Of a stretch of 64,000 nucleotides of DNA, positions 18,439-31,355 are shown piece after piece. The stretch lies in assembly GCA_963820825.1 (NCBI GenBank), contig CAWGBN010000006.1:576001-640000 (forward strand), written 5' to 3'. The DNA is from Vulcanimicrobiota bacterium. Its GTDB lineage: Bacteria; Vulcanimicrobiota; Vulcanimicrobiia; Vulcanimicrobiales; Vulcanimicrobiaceae. A model generated the notes under the pieces. The model did no database searches, had not been told where the DNA came from, and was given only the letters and a program-made list of their open reading frames with translations. Numbering within the stretch: the stretch's first letter is position 1; every line of letters begins with the position of its first letter. A program made the translations under genes and the position numbers.

Positions 18439-21184
18439 CTTCAAAGCGCTCGATACGCTGCGCGCCGGAGATCGCACGTATCGATATTTTCGTCTCGACG
18501 CGCTCGAGCGAGCCGGCATCACCACGCTTGCGCGGCTCCCCTTCTCGCTCAAAATCTTGCTCGAGAATCTCCTGCGTTTCGAAGACGGACGGGTCGTCAA
18601 ACGCGACGACATCGAAGCGTTGGCGCGCGGCGGGCGAGCGCGCCACGAACGGGAGATTGCGTTCACCCCGGCGCGGGTGCTCTTGCAAGATTTCACCGGC
18701 GTCCCCTGCGTCGTCGATTTGGCGGCGATGCGCGACGCGATGTCCGCCATGGGCGGCGATCCGAAGGCGATCAACCCGCTTCAACCCGTCGAGCTGGTCA
18801 TCGATCATTCGGTGCAGGCCGATTACTTCGGCACGGCCGACGCGCTGGCGAAGAATACCGATCTCGAGTTCGAGCGCAACCGCGAGCGCTACGCATTCCT
18901 CAAGTGGGGCCAATCGGTGCTCTCCGGCTTTCGCGTCGTACCGCCGGGAACGGGAATCGTCCACCAGGTCAACATCGAGTATCTCGCACGCGTCGTCTTC
19001 GCATCTCCCTTCGACAAGCTCAAGGCAAGCTCGGCTCGGGCTGAGACGGATGCGCCGCCTCTTGCCTATCCCGATACGGCGGTCGGCACCGATTCGCACA
19101 CGACGATGGTCAACGGCCTCGGCGTTCTAGCCTGGGGCGTCGGCGGAATCGAAGCGGAAGCGGCGATGCTCGGGCAGCCGGTGACGATGCTCATTCCCGA
19201 GGTAGTCGGTTTTCGCTTGGATGGTGCGCTGCGCGAAGGCGTGACCGCGACCGATCTCGTGCTTACCGTTGCGGAGATGCTTCGGCGCAAAGGCGTCGTC
19301 GGAAAGTTCGTCGAGTTTTACGGCGCGGGCCTATCGGCATTACCGGTCGTCGATCGTACCACGATCAGCAACATGTCGCCGGAGTTCGGCTCGACGGTCG
19401 CGATCTTTCCCATCGACGATCGCACGCTGGAGTACCTGCGTTTGACCGGACGATCGGCCGAGCAGATCGCACTGGTCGAAGCCTACGCGAAGGCGCAAAG
19501 CCTCTTTAGAACCGATGCAACGCCCGATCCCGAGTTCGCCGATTCGCTGGCGCTCGATCTCGGCGACGTCGAGCCGTGCCTCGCCGGACCGCGCCGTCCG
19601 CAGGACCGCGTTCCGCTCGCCCGCGTGAAAGACTCCTTCGAAAGCGCGTTCAACGAATGGGTCGCCCAACGCGAACGCCCCAACGGCGCAGTCTCGCGCT
19701 TCGAAGATGAAGGCGGCGGTGGAACCGCGACGGTCGTGCAGACGCTCGACGAAGTCGACGACGGATCCGTCGTGATCGCCGCGATCACCAGCTGCACGAA
19801 CACCTCGAACCCCTCGGTCTTGATCGGCGCGGGCCTGCTCGCGCGCAACGCCGTCGAGCGCGGTCTCGAAACGAAAACGTGGGTCAAGACCTCGCTCGCT
19901 CCCGGATCGAAAGTCGTCACCGATTACTTGGAGAAGGCCGGATTGCAAGAGTATCTCGATCGCCTCGGCTTCAACCTCGTCGGATACGGCTGCACCACGT
20001 GCATAGGAAACTCTGGACCGCTGCCGAGCGACGTAGCCGAAGCCGTCGCCGACGGCGACCTCGTCGTCGCCGCGGTGCTCTCGGGCAATCGCAACTTCGA
20101 AGGGCGCATCCATCCGCAGGTTCGTGCGAACTATCTCGCCTCGCCGCCGCTCGTCGTTGCCTTCGCGCTCGCCGGACGCATCGATATTGACTTAACGACC
20201 GAGCCGGTCGGGAGAGGAAGCGACGGCAAACCGGTCTTTCTCCACGAGATCTGGCCGAGCAACGACGCGATCGCGGCAACGATGGCGCAGTGCATCAGCG
20301 AGGAGATGTTCGAGCGCGAGTATGCCGACGTTTTTAAAGGCGACGCAAACTGGAACGGATTGAACGTGGCCGCGAGCGAGCGGTATGCGTGGGATCCGCA
20401 CTCGGAGTACGTCAAGCAGCCGCCCTATTTCGAGGGCATGCCCGCGCAGCCCGCGCCCGTTCGCGACGTTCTCGGCGCGCGCGCGATCGCGGTGCTCGGC
20501 GATTCGGTGACGACCGATCACATCTCGCCGGCGGGGAGCATCGCCCGCCATAGTCCCGCGGGAGCCTATCTCACCGAACGGGGCATCGAGCCGCGCGATT
20601 TCAACTCGTACGGCGCGCGCCGCGGCAATCACGAGGTGATGGTGCGCGGAACCTTCGCCAACGTGCGGCTGCGTAACGCGCTCGTCCCCGGCGTCGAGGG
20701 CGGGTTCACGCGATATTTGCCGGCCAACGAGGAGCTCTCGATCTTCGACGCATCGCGCAAGTACGCCGACGACGGCACGCCGCTCATCGTGCTCGCCGGC
20801 AAGGAGTACGGTTCCGGATCGTCGCGCGACTGGGCGGCGAAGGGCCCGTATCTGCTCGGCATCAAGGCGGTGATCGCCGAGTCATTCGAGCGAATCCACC
20901 GCAGCAATCTCATCGGAATGGGCGTGCTGCCGCTGGAGTATCTCGACGGCGCCGACCGATCGACGTACGGACTCGAGGGCGAGGAGATCTACGACATCAC
21001 CGGACCAGCGGCGGGAATTCAGCCGCGCATGAAACTTCACGTGAAGGCGACCGATCCGCGCACCAAACGGGCGATCGAGTTCGACGTTCGCCTGCGCATC
21101 GATACGCCGAACGAGACCGAATACTACCGCAACGGCGGTATTCTGCAGTACGTGCTGCGCCAACTGCTCGCCGCGTCGCGGTAA
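18422..21184 (+). CDS. acnA: Aconitate hydratase A
   Basis: [62 protein letters not shown]. Confidence 0.97.
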   Translation: MNHPNSFKALDTLRAGDRTYRYFRLDALERAGITTLARLPFSLKILLENLLRFEDGRVVKRDDIEALARGGRARHEREIAFTPARVLLQDFTGVPCVVDLAAMRDAMSAMGGDPKAINPLQPVELVIDHSVQADYFGTADALAKNTDLEFERNRERYAFLKWGQSVLSGFRVVPPGTGIVHQVNIEYLARVVFASPFDKLKASSARAETDAPPLAYPDTAVGTDSHTTMVNGLGVLAWGVGGIEAEAAMLGQPVTMLIPEVVGFRLDGALREGVTATDLVLTVAEMLRRKGVVGKFVEFYGAGLSALPVVDRTTISNMSPEFGSTVAIFPIDDRTLEYLRLTGRSAEQIALVEAYAKAQSLFRTDATPDPEFADSLALDLGDVEPCLAGPRRPQDRVPLARVKDSFESAFNEWVAQRERPNGAVSRFEDEGGGGTATVVQTLDEVDDGSVVIAAITSCTNTSNPSVLIGAGLLARNAVERGLETKTWVKTSLAPGSKVVTDYLEKAGLQEYLDRLGFNLVGYGCTTCIGNSGPLPSDVAEAVADGDLVVAAVLSGNRNFEGRIHPQVRANYLASPPLVVAFALAGRIDIDLTTEPVGRGSDGKPVFLHEIWPSNDAIAATMAQCISEEMFEREYADVFKGDANWNGLNVAASERYAWDPHSEYVKQPPYFEGMPAQPAPVRDVLGARAIAVLGDSVTTDHISPAGSIARHSPAGAYLTERGIEPRDFNSYGARRGNHEVMVRGTFANVRLRNALVPGVEGGFTRYLPANEELSIFDASRKYADDGTPLIVLAGKEYGSGSSRDWAAKGPYLLGIKAVIAESFERIHRSNLIGMGVLPLEYLDGADRSTYGLEGEEIYDITGPAAGIQPRMKLHVKATDPRTKRAIEFDVRLRIDTPNETEYYRNGGILQYVLRQLLAASR

Positions 21185-21201
21185 GCAACGCGCCTACGCT
21201 C

Positions 21202-21579
21202 CTAGGGCGCTTTGCGCTGATGGATCGCAAAGTTGTTCCCTTCGGAGTCTTCGCACCACGCGACGCGGCAGTTCGGCGTATCGAGCACTCCATCGGTGAA
21301 GAAGCGGACGCCCGCCTCGCGTAACCGCTGCGCCATTTCGTCGATCTCCGAAACGGCGAACATCACGCCGCCGCACGGGTACCAGCTGCCGTCGGGCATG
21401 GCGAAGATCCCGAACGTGCTGCCGTCCTCGAGCGCGTATTCGCTGCCGTGATCCCATCCTGCGGCGATCGGCCGTAGGCCGAGCAAATCCTGATAGAACT
21501 CCGTGGCGCGAGCTAAGTCTTTCGCGAGGTAGTGGTGCGCGTCGATCCCCGCGGCGCGCGTGGTCTCCGTTGCCTTCAC
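21202..21579 (-). CDS. VOC (glyoxalase/bleomycin resistance) family protein
   Basis: FYQDLLGL, GVMFAV, DSEGN. Confidence 0.85.
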   Translation of the reverse strand: MKATETTRAAGIDAHHYLAKDLARATEFYQDLLGLRPIAAGWDHGSEYALEDGSTFGIFAMPDGSWYPCGGVMFAVSEIDEMAQRLREAGVRFFTDGVLDTPNCRVAWCEDSEGNNFAIHQRKAP

Positions 21580-21633
21580 GATTCCCCCTCATATTTTACG
21601 GTCGAAACTCCCTACGAGCATAAGCGCCATAGT

Positions 21634-21648
21634 TGACAGAATCTGTCA
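21634..21648. promoter_or_regulatory. Palindromic operator TGACA-N5-TGTCA (site 1)
   Basis: TGACAGAATCTGTCA; on the minus strand followed by N11 and TATGCT, upstream of VOC gene. Confidence 0.65.
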
Positions 21649-21671
21649 TATTTGCGTAGTTTGATGGAACC

Positions 21672-22616
21672 GTGAAGGCCGACCGGCTCATCTCGCTGCT
21701 CCTGCTGCTGCAATCGCGCCGCCAGTCTTCGGCGCGCGTTCTCGCCGAGCGGCTCGAGGTTTCGGAGCGGACGATCTATCGCGACGTGGATGCGCTCTGC
21801 GCGGCGGGCGTGCCGGTCTACGCCGAGCGCGGCGTCGGCGGAGGCATCGTCTTGGCCGACGGCTACCGTCGCGCGCTGACGCACTTTAACGAGGAAGAGA
21901 TACGCGCGCTCTTCATCTCGGGAGCGAGCGCGCTTGCCGATCTCGGGCTCGACGCGGGCTTCAAACGCGCGCTCGAAAAACTTCACGGCGGACTCGCCGA
22001 CGTCGCGCAGCGTGCGGCGGAGAAGTCGCGCTCGCGCATCCACCTCGACGCGCGCCGCTGGAATCAGGCCGAGCCGCCGCGCGCCTTGCTCTCGGCCTTG
22101 CGCCACGCCGTTTGGGACGATCGCCGCGTTCGCATTCGCTACGAAGGTCGCAACCGCGCGCCGTCCACGCGCACGATCGATCCGCTCGGCTTGGTTTCGA
22201 AGGCCGGCGTCTGGTATTTGGTCGCGCGCTACGACGGCGAGCTGCGGAGTTTTCGCATCGAACGAATCCGTTCCGTCGACGAGCTCGTGGAGCGCTTCGC
22301 CCGTCCCGAGGACTTCGATCTCGAGCGATACTGGAGCGAATCGTCGGCGCGTTTCGCCGAGGCTTCACGCAGCAGCGATTGCGTCGTCACGCTTCGCGTA
22401 CGCAATGACGCCCTCGAGCGCGTTACGGCGTATTGGCCGGCCGAGATCGTCACCCGGCGCGCGCGCGACGCGGTCGTGCGCGTGACGTTTCCGGGTCCCG
22501 AGATAGCGATATTTCAAGCGGTCGCATGGGCGGAGGGTGCGGAGCTGATCGAGCCCGCCGGACTGCGCAGCGAGATCGCTGCGCGCGTGCGGCGAGCCCT
22601 CCGGCGGTACGCTTAG
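21672..22616 (+). CDS. HTH-WYL-WCX transcriptional regulator (YafY/DriD-like)
   Basis: LAERLEVSERTIYRD wHTH; RTIDPLGLV..WYLVA..FRIERI. Confidence 0.92.
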   Translation: MKADRLISLLLLLQSRRQSSARVLAERLEVSERTIYRDVDALCAAGVPVYAERGVGGGIVLADGYRRALTHFNEEEIRALFISGASALADLGLDAGFKRALEKLHGGLADVAQRAAEKSRSRIHLDARRWNQAEPPRALLSALRHAVWDDRRVRIRYEGRNRAPSTRTIDPLGLVSKAGVWYLVARYDGELRSFRIERIRSVDELVERFARPEDFDLERYWSESSARFAEASRSSDCVVTLRVRNDALERVTAYWPAEIVTRRARDAVVRVTFPGPEIAIFQAVAWAEGAELIEPAGLRSEIAARVRRALRRYA

Positions 22617-22957
22617 CTCTTGCGCTGATGGATGATGATCCCGTTACCTTCGGGGTCCTGGCCGAAGGCCATGAAGCAGACGGGCGATTCCATCACGTCG
22701 CTCAACTGCAGTCCCTTCGCGCGATAGTGCTCGACCGCACCCTTCGCGTCGTCGACGGCGAACATGACCGCGCCGCCCGTCTCGCCGTCCTCGGGCTTCC
22801 AGACGCCGAAGGTCGAGCCGTCGGCAAGCGTAAACTCAGCGCCGCGTCCCTGATCGTCGATCTCGGTCGGCTGCATCCCCAGCACGTCGCGGTAGAAAGC
22901 GATCGCGGCTTGCGGATCCTTTACCAGATAGGCCGCGATGTCGATGCCTTTAATCAT
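22613..22957 (-). CDS. VOC family protein (paralog of 21202-21579)
   Basis: FYRDVLG, DGSTFG, VMFAV, DPEGN. Confidence 0.87.
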   Translation of the reverse strand: MIKGIDIAAYLVKDPQAAIAFYRDVLGMQPTEIDDQGRGAEFTLADGSTFGVWKPEDGETGGAVMFAVDDAKGAVEHYRAKGLQLSDVMESPVCFMAFGQDPEGNGIIIHQRKS

Positions 22958-23020
22958 GAATCTGCCTCTCCTGTCGGTCGTTGCCTGTGTGCTATTGCCA
23001 AGAGGGTAGCAGGCTAAACA

Positions 23021-23035
23021 TGACACTTACTGTCA
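23021..23035. promoter_or_regulatory. Palindromic operator TGACA-N5-TGTCA (site 2)
   Basis: TGACACTTACTGTCA with the same TATTT flank as site 1; on the minus strand followed by N12 and TACCCT. Confidence 0.65.
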
Positions 23036-23057
23036 TATTTAAAGCCGCCGCGCGGCG

Positions 23058-24620
23058 TTAGAGCATCACGCGCCGGAAGTCGGCCAAGAGCTCGGCGATG
23101 TAGACGAGGAAGCGCGCGGCCCCGGCGCCATCGATCGCGCGGTGATCGTAGCTCACGCTGATCGGCAGCATCAGGCGCGGGACGAAGCTCTTGCCGTCCC
23201 AGACGGGTTTGGTCGACGTCCGGGTCGCGCCGAGGATTGCGACCTCCGGCGCGTTGACGATCTGTGTAAAGGCCGTGCCGCCAATTCCTCCGATCGATGA
23301 GATGGTAAAGCTGCCGCCCTGCATCTGCGCGAGCGTGAGCTTCCCCTCGCGCGCTTTGCCGGCGAGCTCCTGCGCCTCGCGCGCGATCTCGATCAATCCC
23401 TTGGAATCGGCCTCCTTGATCACCGGAACGATGAGTCCGCCGGGCGTGTCGGCGGCGAATCCAATGTTGTAGTACTGCTTGAGTATCAGCTCGTCGCCGT
23501 CGAGCGACGAGTTGAACTCGGGGAAGCGTTGGAGCGCCGCGACCGAGGCGCGAATCAAGAACGCGAGCATCGTCAACTTCGGGCCGCCGGATTTCACCTG
23601 CTCGGCGTTGACCTCGTGCCGAAGCTCCTCGATCGAGGTAACGTCGGCCTCGTCGTAGTTGGTAATGTGCGGCACCTGCACCCAATTGCGATGCAGGTTT
23701 GGACCGGAGAGCTTCTTGATGCGCGAGAGCGGACGGCGCTCGACCGCGCCGTACTGCGCGAAATCGAGTTTCGGCCACGCCGGCAGTCCCGGGAACGGCG
23801 ATCCGGTCGCCGACGAGCGGCTCTGCAGCGCGCTCTTGACGAAGCCTTGCACGTCCTCGCGCGTGATGCGTCCGTTCGGGCCGCTGCCGCGCAGACCACG
23901 AAGATCGACGCCGAGCTCGCGCGCAAAACGGCGAACCGCCGGGCCGGCGTGCACCATTGCGTCGCTCGCGCTCGAAGGCGCAGCGACCGGTGCTTGCGGT
24001 TGCGGGGGCGATGATGCCGGCGGTTCTTTCGCCGCGCGAGCGGTGCTCTTGGGAGCGGCGGGCGTCGCAGGCTGCGACGCGGAGCTGAGAACCGCAATCG
24101 TCGAGCCTTGCGAGACTCTATCGCCGACCTTGACTTTGACGTCGGTAACGACGCCGTCGACTTCGGCCGGCACTTCCATCGAGGCTTTCTCGCTCTCGAG
24201 CGTGATCAGCGAGTCGTTCGTCTTGACGCGATCTCCGGGTTTGACCAAGACTTCGATCACCGGCACGTCTTTGAAGTCACCGATATCGGGGACGCGAACC
24301 TCGACCGCCGCTGCCGGAGCCGCGCTCGGCGCTGCGGCGGACTCCTTCGCGCTCGTCGCCGCGGCTTTGGGGACTTCCGCGCCGTCCGAGCTCAAGACGA
24401 GGATCGTCGAACCTTGCGAAACTCTATCGCCGACCTTGACTTTGACGTCGGCAACGACGCCGTCGGCTTCGGCCGGCACCTCCATCGAGGCCTTCTCGCT
24501 CTCGAGCGTGATCAGCGAGTCGTTCTTCTTGACGCGATCTCCGGGTTTGACCAAGACTTCGATCACCGGCACGTCTTTGAAGTCACCGATATCGGGGACG
24601 CGAACTTCGATCTGACTCAT
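23058..24620 (-). CDS. aceF: Pyruvate dehydrogenase E2, two lipoyl domains
   Basis: Two LESEKASMEVP lipoyl domains, GSGPNGRIT E3-binding motif, SYDHRAIDG. Confidence 0.95.
   Translation of the reverse strand: MSQIEVRVPDIGDFKDVPVIEVLVKPGDRVKKNDSLITLESEKASMEVPAEADGVVADVKVKVGDRVSQGSTILVLSSDGAEVPKAAATSAKESAAAPSAAPAAAVEVRVPDIGDFKDVPVIEVLVKPGDRVKTNDSLITLESEKASMEVPAEVDGVVTDVKVKVGDRVSQGSTIAVLSSASQPATPAAPKSTARAAKEPPASSPPQPQAPVAAPSSASDAMVHAGPAVRRFARELGVDLRGLRGSGPNGRITREDVQGFVKSALQSRSSATGSPFPGLPAWPKLDFAQYGAVERRPLSRIKKLSGPNLHRNWVQVPHITNYDEADVTSIEELRHEVNAEQVKSGGPKLTMLAFLIRASVAALQRFPEFNSSLDGDELILKQYYNIGFAADTPGGLIVPVIKEADSKGLIEIAREAQELAGKAREGKLTLAQMQGGSFTISSIGGIGGTAFTQIVNAPEVAILGATRTSTKPVWDGKSFVPRLMLPISVSYDHRAIDGAGAARFLVYIAELLADFRRVML
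24097..24610. repeat. Near-identical ~208-bp direct repeat (lipoyl domains), offset 306 bp
   Basis: 24097-24304 vs 24403-24610 differ at only a handful of positions. Confidence 0.85.
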
Positions 24621-24631
24621 GTGCGAGATGC

Positions 24632-27316
24632 CTATACCGTAATCGGGTTGGGCTTGTTGGGATCGATATTATACTTCTCGAGCGCCTTGCGCACCGTCGC
24701 GCGTTCGATCGTGCCTTCGTCGGCGAGGGCGACGAGCGCCGCGACGGTGACGAAATGCCGGCCGACTTCGAAGAACTCGCGCAGCTTGCGCCGGAAATCG
24801 CTGCGGCCGTAACCATCGGTGCCAAGCGCGACGTAGCGGCGTCCAATGAAGGGATGAATCTGCTCGGCGAAGGTGCGGATGTAATCGGTCGCTGCGATCC
24901 CCGGACCGGGGCGTCCATCCAGAGACTCCTCGACGTACGAACGGCGCGGCGGCTCTTCGGGATGGAGCATGTTCCACCGCCGCGCGGCGACGCCGTCGCG
25001 CTGGAGCTGGTTGAAGCTCGTCACGGCCCATACGTCGGCCTTTACGTTCCACTCGTCGGCAAGCAGATCGGCGGCGGCCTCGACTTCGCGCAGGATCGCG
25101 CCGGAGCCGAAGAGCTGCACCCGCGGCGCTTTGTTCTTGCTCGAACCCGCATCGCGAAGGAGATACATCCCGCGCAGAATGCCCTCGCGCGCGCCGGACG
25201 GCATCGCCGGGTGCTGGTAGTTCTCGTTCATCAGCGTGATGTAGTAGTAAACGTCTTCCTGCTCGGCGAGCATTCGCCGGACGCCGTCTTGGATGATCAC
25301 GGCGACTTCGTAGGCGTAGGTGGGGTCGAAGCTCATGCAGTTCGGAACGAACGAGGCGGCGACCTGACTGCTCCCGTCTTCGTGCTGCAGCCCTTCGCCG
25401 TTGAGCGTCGTACGCCCCGAGGTTGCGCCGAGAAGAAAACCGCGCGTCCGGCTGTCGCCGGCCGCCCACGTGAGATCGCCGACGCGTTGAAAGCCGAACA
25501 TCGAGTAAAAGATGTAAAACGGAATCATCGGCAGGTTGTGGTTCGTGTACGAGGTGCCGGCGGCGATCCACGACGAGAGCGCGCCCGCCTCGTTGATTCC
25601 CTCCTGCAGAATCTGTCCGAGCTTATCCTCGCGGTACCACATGAGCTGTTCGGCATCTTGCGGGTGATAGAGCTGGCCGACCGACGAGTAGATGCCGAGC
25701 TGGCGGAACATGCCTTCCATGCCGAATGTGCGCGATTCGTCGGCGACGATCGGCACGACGCGCGGACCGATCTCGCGGTCGCGCGCGATCGCGTTGAGGA
25801 CGCGAACGAAGGCCATGGTGGTCGAGATGTGACGATCGCCCGTGCTCTGCAACTGCGCGTCGAAGGTGGAGAGCTCGGGCACCGTCAGCGCGACCGACTT
25901 GCGGCGGCGCTGCGGAACGCTGCCGAGCGCGGCGATTCGTTCGCGCAGGTAGCGCATCTCCGGTGCGTCCTCCGGTGGCCGGTAGAACGGGATCTTCTCA
26001 CCGGCGATTGCCGCATCGGAGATCGGCAGCGTAAAGCGATCGCGAAAGACGCGCATCGCCTCGACTTCCATTTTCTTCGCTTGGTGGGCGATGTTCTGTG
26101 CCTCGCCGGCCTCGCCCATGCCGTATCCTTTGATCGTCTTGGCGAGCACGACCGTCGGCTGGCCGCGATGTTCGAAGGCGGCCTTATATGCGGCGTAGAC
26201 CTTGATCGTGTCGTGGCCGCCTCGCCGCAGATCCCAAATTTCGTCGTCGGTCCAGTCCTCGACGAGCGACTTCGTCTCGGGATAGCGTCCGAAGAACTCG
26301 TCGCGCACGTACTTGCCGTTGCGTGACTTGAACGTCTGATAATCTCCGTCGACGCACTCGGTCATCAGTTGGACGAGGCGCCCCGTCTTGTCGGCGGCGA
26401 GCAGCGGGTCCCAGTTGCTTCCCCAGATGACCTTGATGACGTTCCATCCCGCGCCTTTGAAGACGCCCTCGAGCTCTTGGATGATCTTGCCGTTGCCGCG
26501 CACGGGTCCGTCGAGGCGCTGCAGGTTGCAATTGACGACCCAGATGAGATCGTCGAGCTTCTCGCGTCCGGCCAGCGAGATCGCGCCGAGCGATTCGGGT
26601 TCGTCCGTCTCGCCGTCACCGACGAATGCCCAGACTTTCCGGCCGGAGGTGTCGAGCAGCCCGCGGTCGTGGAGATAGCGCATGAAACGCGCCTGATAGA
26701 TCGACATGATCGGTCCCAGGCCCATCGAGACCGTCGGGAACTGCCAGAAGTTCGGCATCAGCCAGGGATGCGGATACGAGGAGAGGCCCTTGCCGTCGAC
26801 CTCCTGACGAAAATACTCGAGCTGCTCTTCGGTGATCCGCCCTTCGAGAAAGGCGCGCGCGTAGACGCCAGGCGACGAGTGCCCTTGGAAGAAGACGAGG
26901 TCTCCGCCGAACGACTCGCTCGGCGCGCGGAAGAAGTGATTGAAGCCGACGTCGTAGAGCGTCGCCGCCGATGCGAAGCTTGCGACGTGGCCGCCGAGTT
27001 CCGAGCTGACTTTGTTCGCGCGAACTACCATCGCGAGCGCGTTCCAACGCTCGTAGTGGCGCAAGCGCGCTTCGAGCTCGCGATCGCCGGGAACCGGCGG
27101 TTGGCGATCGGCGGGAATCGTGTTGACGTAGGGCGTCGTGAATCCGAGCGAAATATGCGCGCCACCGCTCTGCGCCTCGTCGACGAGGCTCGCGATGAGC
27201 TGACGCGCGCGTTCGTGGCCTTCGACGGCGAGCACGCCGCGCATCGCTTCGAGCCATTCGCGCGTCTCTTGCGGATCGGGATCGGGAGAGAGAGTCGACA
27301 TTACCGCAAGGCTCAT
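24632..27316 (-). CDS. aceE: Pyruvate dehydrogenase E1, homodimeric type
   Basis: DPDPQETREW, GGHVASFAS, QFPTVSMGLGP, GDGETDEPES, EGLQHEDG. Confidence 0.97.
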   Translation of the reverse strand: MSLAVMSTLSPDPDPQETREWLEAMRGVLAVEGHERARQLIASLVDEAQSGGAHISLGFTTPYVNTIPADRQPPVPGDRELEARLRHYERWNALAMVVRANKVSSELGGHVASFASAATLYDVGFNHFFRAPSESFGGDLVFFQGHSSPGVYARAFLEGRITEEQLEYFRQEVDGKGLSSYPHPWLMPNFWQFPTVSMGLGPIMSIYQARFMRYLHDRGLLDTSGRKVWAFVGDGETDEPESLGAISLAGREKLDDLIWVVNCNLQRLDGPVRGNGKIIQELEGVFKGAGWNVIKVIWGSNWDPLLAADKTGRLVQLMTECVDGDYQTFKSRNGKYVRDEFFGRYPETKSLVEDWTDDEIWDLRRGGHDTIKVYAAYKAAFEHRGQPTVVLAKTIKGYGMGEAGEAQNIAHQAKKMEVEAMRVFRDRFTLPISDAAIAGEKIPFYRPPEDAPEMRYLRERIAALGSVPQRRRKSVALTVPELSTFDAQLQSTGDRHISTTMAFVRVLNAIARDREIGPRVVPIVADESRTFGMEGMFRQLGIYSSVGQLYHPQDAEQLMWYREDKLGQILQEGINEAGALSSWIAAGTSYTNHNLPMIPFYIFYSMFGFQRVGDLTWAAGDSRTRGFLLGATSGRTTLNGEGLQHEDGSSQVAASFVPNCMSFDPTYAYEVAVIIQDGVRRMLAEQEDVYYYITLMNENYQHPAMPSGAREGILRGMYLLRDAGSSKNKAPRVQLFGSGAILREVEAAADLLADEWNVKADVWAVTSFNQLQRDGVAARRWNMLHPEEPPRRSYVEESLDGRPGPGIAATDYIRTFAEQIHPFIGRRYVALGTDGYGRSDFRRKLREFFEVGRHFVTVAALVALADEGTIERATVRKALEKYNIDPNKPNPITV

Positions 27317-27419
27317 TTGAGCCGGAAGAGCTCATCTCTTCCCAATGGCCTCCTCCAATCGGTAGGCTGGCTGGTTCCGCTTGGACGGAGGGCGTGGCCT
27401 CGACGGAGGGTAAAATCGC

Positions 27420-29177
<1,758 letters not shown>

Positions 29178-29256
29178 AGCGCTCGCGCTGCTGCTCGCAT
29201 GCACCGGCGCGACCGCAGCGACGCATCCGTCCTGGCAAACGCCCGGTACGCCCGCA

Positions 29257-30222
29257 GTGCTCTCGCAGCCGGTGGTCTTCGAAAATGCAGGTGCGGTTCT
29301 GCACGGGACGCTCTATCGGCCCTCCGCGTTGCATCCCGTTGCCGCGGTCGTCGCCTTCCATAGCGCCGGGGTCGGCCGCGCGGGCGCGGCGCTCTTCGTC
29401 CATCTGCGTCAGGGCCTGCCGGCGGTTGGGATCGCGGTGCTCGTCTACGACCGCCGCGGCAGCGGCGCGTCGACCGGAACCGCAAACGTGAGTTACGAAA
29501 CGTTGGCCGACGACGGAATCGCCGGCGCTCGCGCCATCGCTCGGCTCTCCGCGATCGATCCAAGGCGGATCGGCTACTGGGGATTGAGCCAAGGCGGGTG
29601 GCTTGCGGTCTTCGCGGCCGAACGCGATCCCCGTGCCGCGTTTGCGGTTTCGGTCTCGGCGCCGCTCGTAACGCCGGAGGCGCAGATGGAGTTTGCGATG
29701 GCCAACCGGCTGCGCGTCAACGGATACTCGCAGTCGGACGTCAACGCGATGCTCGCGGCCCGCACGGCGTGGACCGGCTACCTGCGCGGCGACGTGCCGC
29801 GCGCGAGGGCCGTCGCGGCGCTTTCGAAGATCGACACGAAGCCATGGTTCGATCTCATGTACATGCCGTCGGCCAAGGAGTTGACGACGAACCCCACCGC
29901 TTCGTCGTGGCGCGCGCAGATGGACGACGATCCGCTCGCGGCGCTCGAACGCGTGCGCGTTCCGGCGCTCTTCATCTACGGCGGCAGCGACCCGTGGATA
30001 CCGGTTGCCACCACGATCGACCGGCTGCGCGCGCTGGCGAGAACCAGATCGAACGTCGAGTATGCGGTGATCGCGGAGGCCGATCACGCAATGCGGTTCG
30101 TGCCGCGCGAAACGATGGATGTGAGTCCGGCCGCGTTGGAGCTAGACGTGCCCCAAGCGCCGGCCTATTTCATGCTGCTTGCGTCGTGGTTGACGCGACG
30201 GCTCGCAGGAGAAGAACGCTGA
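29257..30222 (+). CDS. Secreted alpha/beta hydrolase (start uncertain)
   Basis: YDRRG.G.STG, GLSQGG nucleophile elbow, GGSDP, ADH. Confidence 0.82.
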   Translation: MLSQPVVFENAGAVLHGTLYRPSALHPVAAVVAFHSAGVGRAGAALFVHLRQGLPAVGIAVLVYDRRGSGASTGTANVSYETLADDGIAGARAIARLSAIDPRRIGYWGLSQGGWLAVFAAERDPRAAFAVSVSAPLVTPEAQMEFAMANRLRVNGYSQSDVNAMLAARTAWTGYLRGDVPRARAVAALSKIDTKPWFDLMYMPSAKELTTNPTASSWRAQMDDDPLAALERVRVPALFIYGGSDPWIPVATTIDRLRALARTRSNVEYAVIAEADHAMRFVPRETMDVSPAALELDVPQAPAYFMLLASWLTRRLAGEER

Positions 30223-30224
30223 CC

Positions 30225-30707
30225 GTGCGGCGACCCTGCGCGGTGCTCTTCGATCGCGACGAGACGATCGTCGTCGACGTGCCGTTCAACGGCGATCCGG
30301 ATAGAGTCGAGCCGGCGCACAACGCGCGCGCGCTGCTCGACCGCTTACGTGCGGCGGGACTCCCGCTTGCCGTCGTCAGCAATCAGAGCGGCGTCGGACG
30401 CGGATACATCACCGCCGCCCAGGTCGATGCGGTCAATCGCCGGATCGACGAGCTGCTCGGGCCGTTCGCGGGGTTCTTCGTCTGTCCGCACTCGCCGCAG
30501 GATGCCTGCGAGTGCCGGAAGCCCAAGCCGAAGCTCATCTTCGATGCGGCGCGAGCGCTCGGCGTCGATCCGGCCTGTTGTGTCGTCGTCGGCGATCGCG
30601 AGAGCGACGTTGAGGCGGCGCGCAACGCCGGCGCGATTCCGCTCAAAGTCGACGGATCCGACGGGCTGGAGGCGGCCGTCGACGCTATCCTGGGCGCGCT
30701 CGAATAG
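30225..30707 (+). CDS. HAD-IIIA phosphatase (GmhB/HisB-N-like)
   Basis: FDRDET, SNQSG, CPH..CECRKPKP, VGDRESD. Confidence 0.87.
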   Translation: MRRPCAVLFDRDETIVVDVPFNGDPDRVEPAHNARALLDRLRAAGLPLAVVSNQSGVGRGYITAAQVDAVNRRIDELLGPFAGFFVCPHSPQDACECRKPKPKLIFDAARALGVDPACCVVVGDRESDVEAARNAGAIPLKVDGSDGLEAAVDAILGALE

Positions 30708-31355
30708 TTATTGCTGGGTGTTGGCGTCGAGCCAGTAGTCGACGTCGAGACCGTGCGCGGGCAGCACGATGAAGGCCGTCGCCGGCAGATGGACGCTTCG
30801 CGCCAGCCGCTCCCACGTCGAAAGAACGCGGACCACGTAGGCCTGCGTTTCGTCGTAGGGCGGAATGCCGCCGTACTCGCTGACGGCGTGCGGGCCGGCG
30901 TTGTAGGCCGCGAAGACTAAGTTGTAGTTCTTCCGTCCGAAGCGCTGGATGAGCCCGCGCAGATAGCGCGCGGCTCCCGAGAGGTTCTGCTTGGGATCGC
31001 GCGGGTTCACACCGAGCAGCGCCGCGGTTCCGGGCATGAGCTGGCCGAGTCCGATCGCCCCCGCCGACGAGACCGCGTGCGTATGCCAGCGCGACTCGAC
31101 GGTGACGATCGCCACCAGCATGTTGGCGTCGATCCGCCAGCGTTCGGCGTTGACGAGCACCCGCCGGGCCAGATCGCGGCTCTCCCAACCGGGGAGTTGC
31201 GGATTGATGTGACGCAGCACTTTGGCATAGACGGCGATCGCCGCAGGGGTCGCCGCGACGGGAGGGTGGGACGCGAGCGCCGGCGTGGTGCTCAGCGCGA
31301 GCAAGCCACATACGAACGAGGCTCCCGCCAGGAAGCTGGCGATGGTCCTTCGCAT
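30708..31355 (-). CDS. Lytic transglycosylase (SLT domain)
   Basis: Signal peptide; [25 protein letters not shown]. Confidence 0.9.
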   Translation of the reverse strand: MRRTIASFLAGASFVCGLLALSTTPALASHPPVAATPAAIAVYAKVLRHINPQLPGWESRDLARRVLVNAERWRIDANMLVAIVTVESRWHTHAVSSAGAIGLGQLMPGTAALLGVNPRDPKQNLSGAARYLRGLIQRFGRKNYNLVFAAYNAGPHAVSEYGGIPPYDETQAYVVRVLSTWERLARSVHLPATAFIVLPAHGLDVDYWLDANTQQ

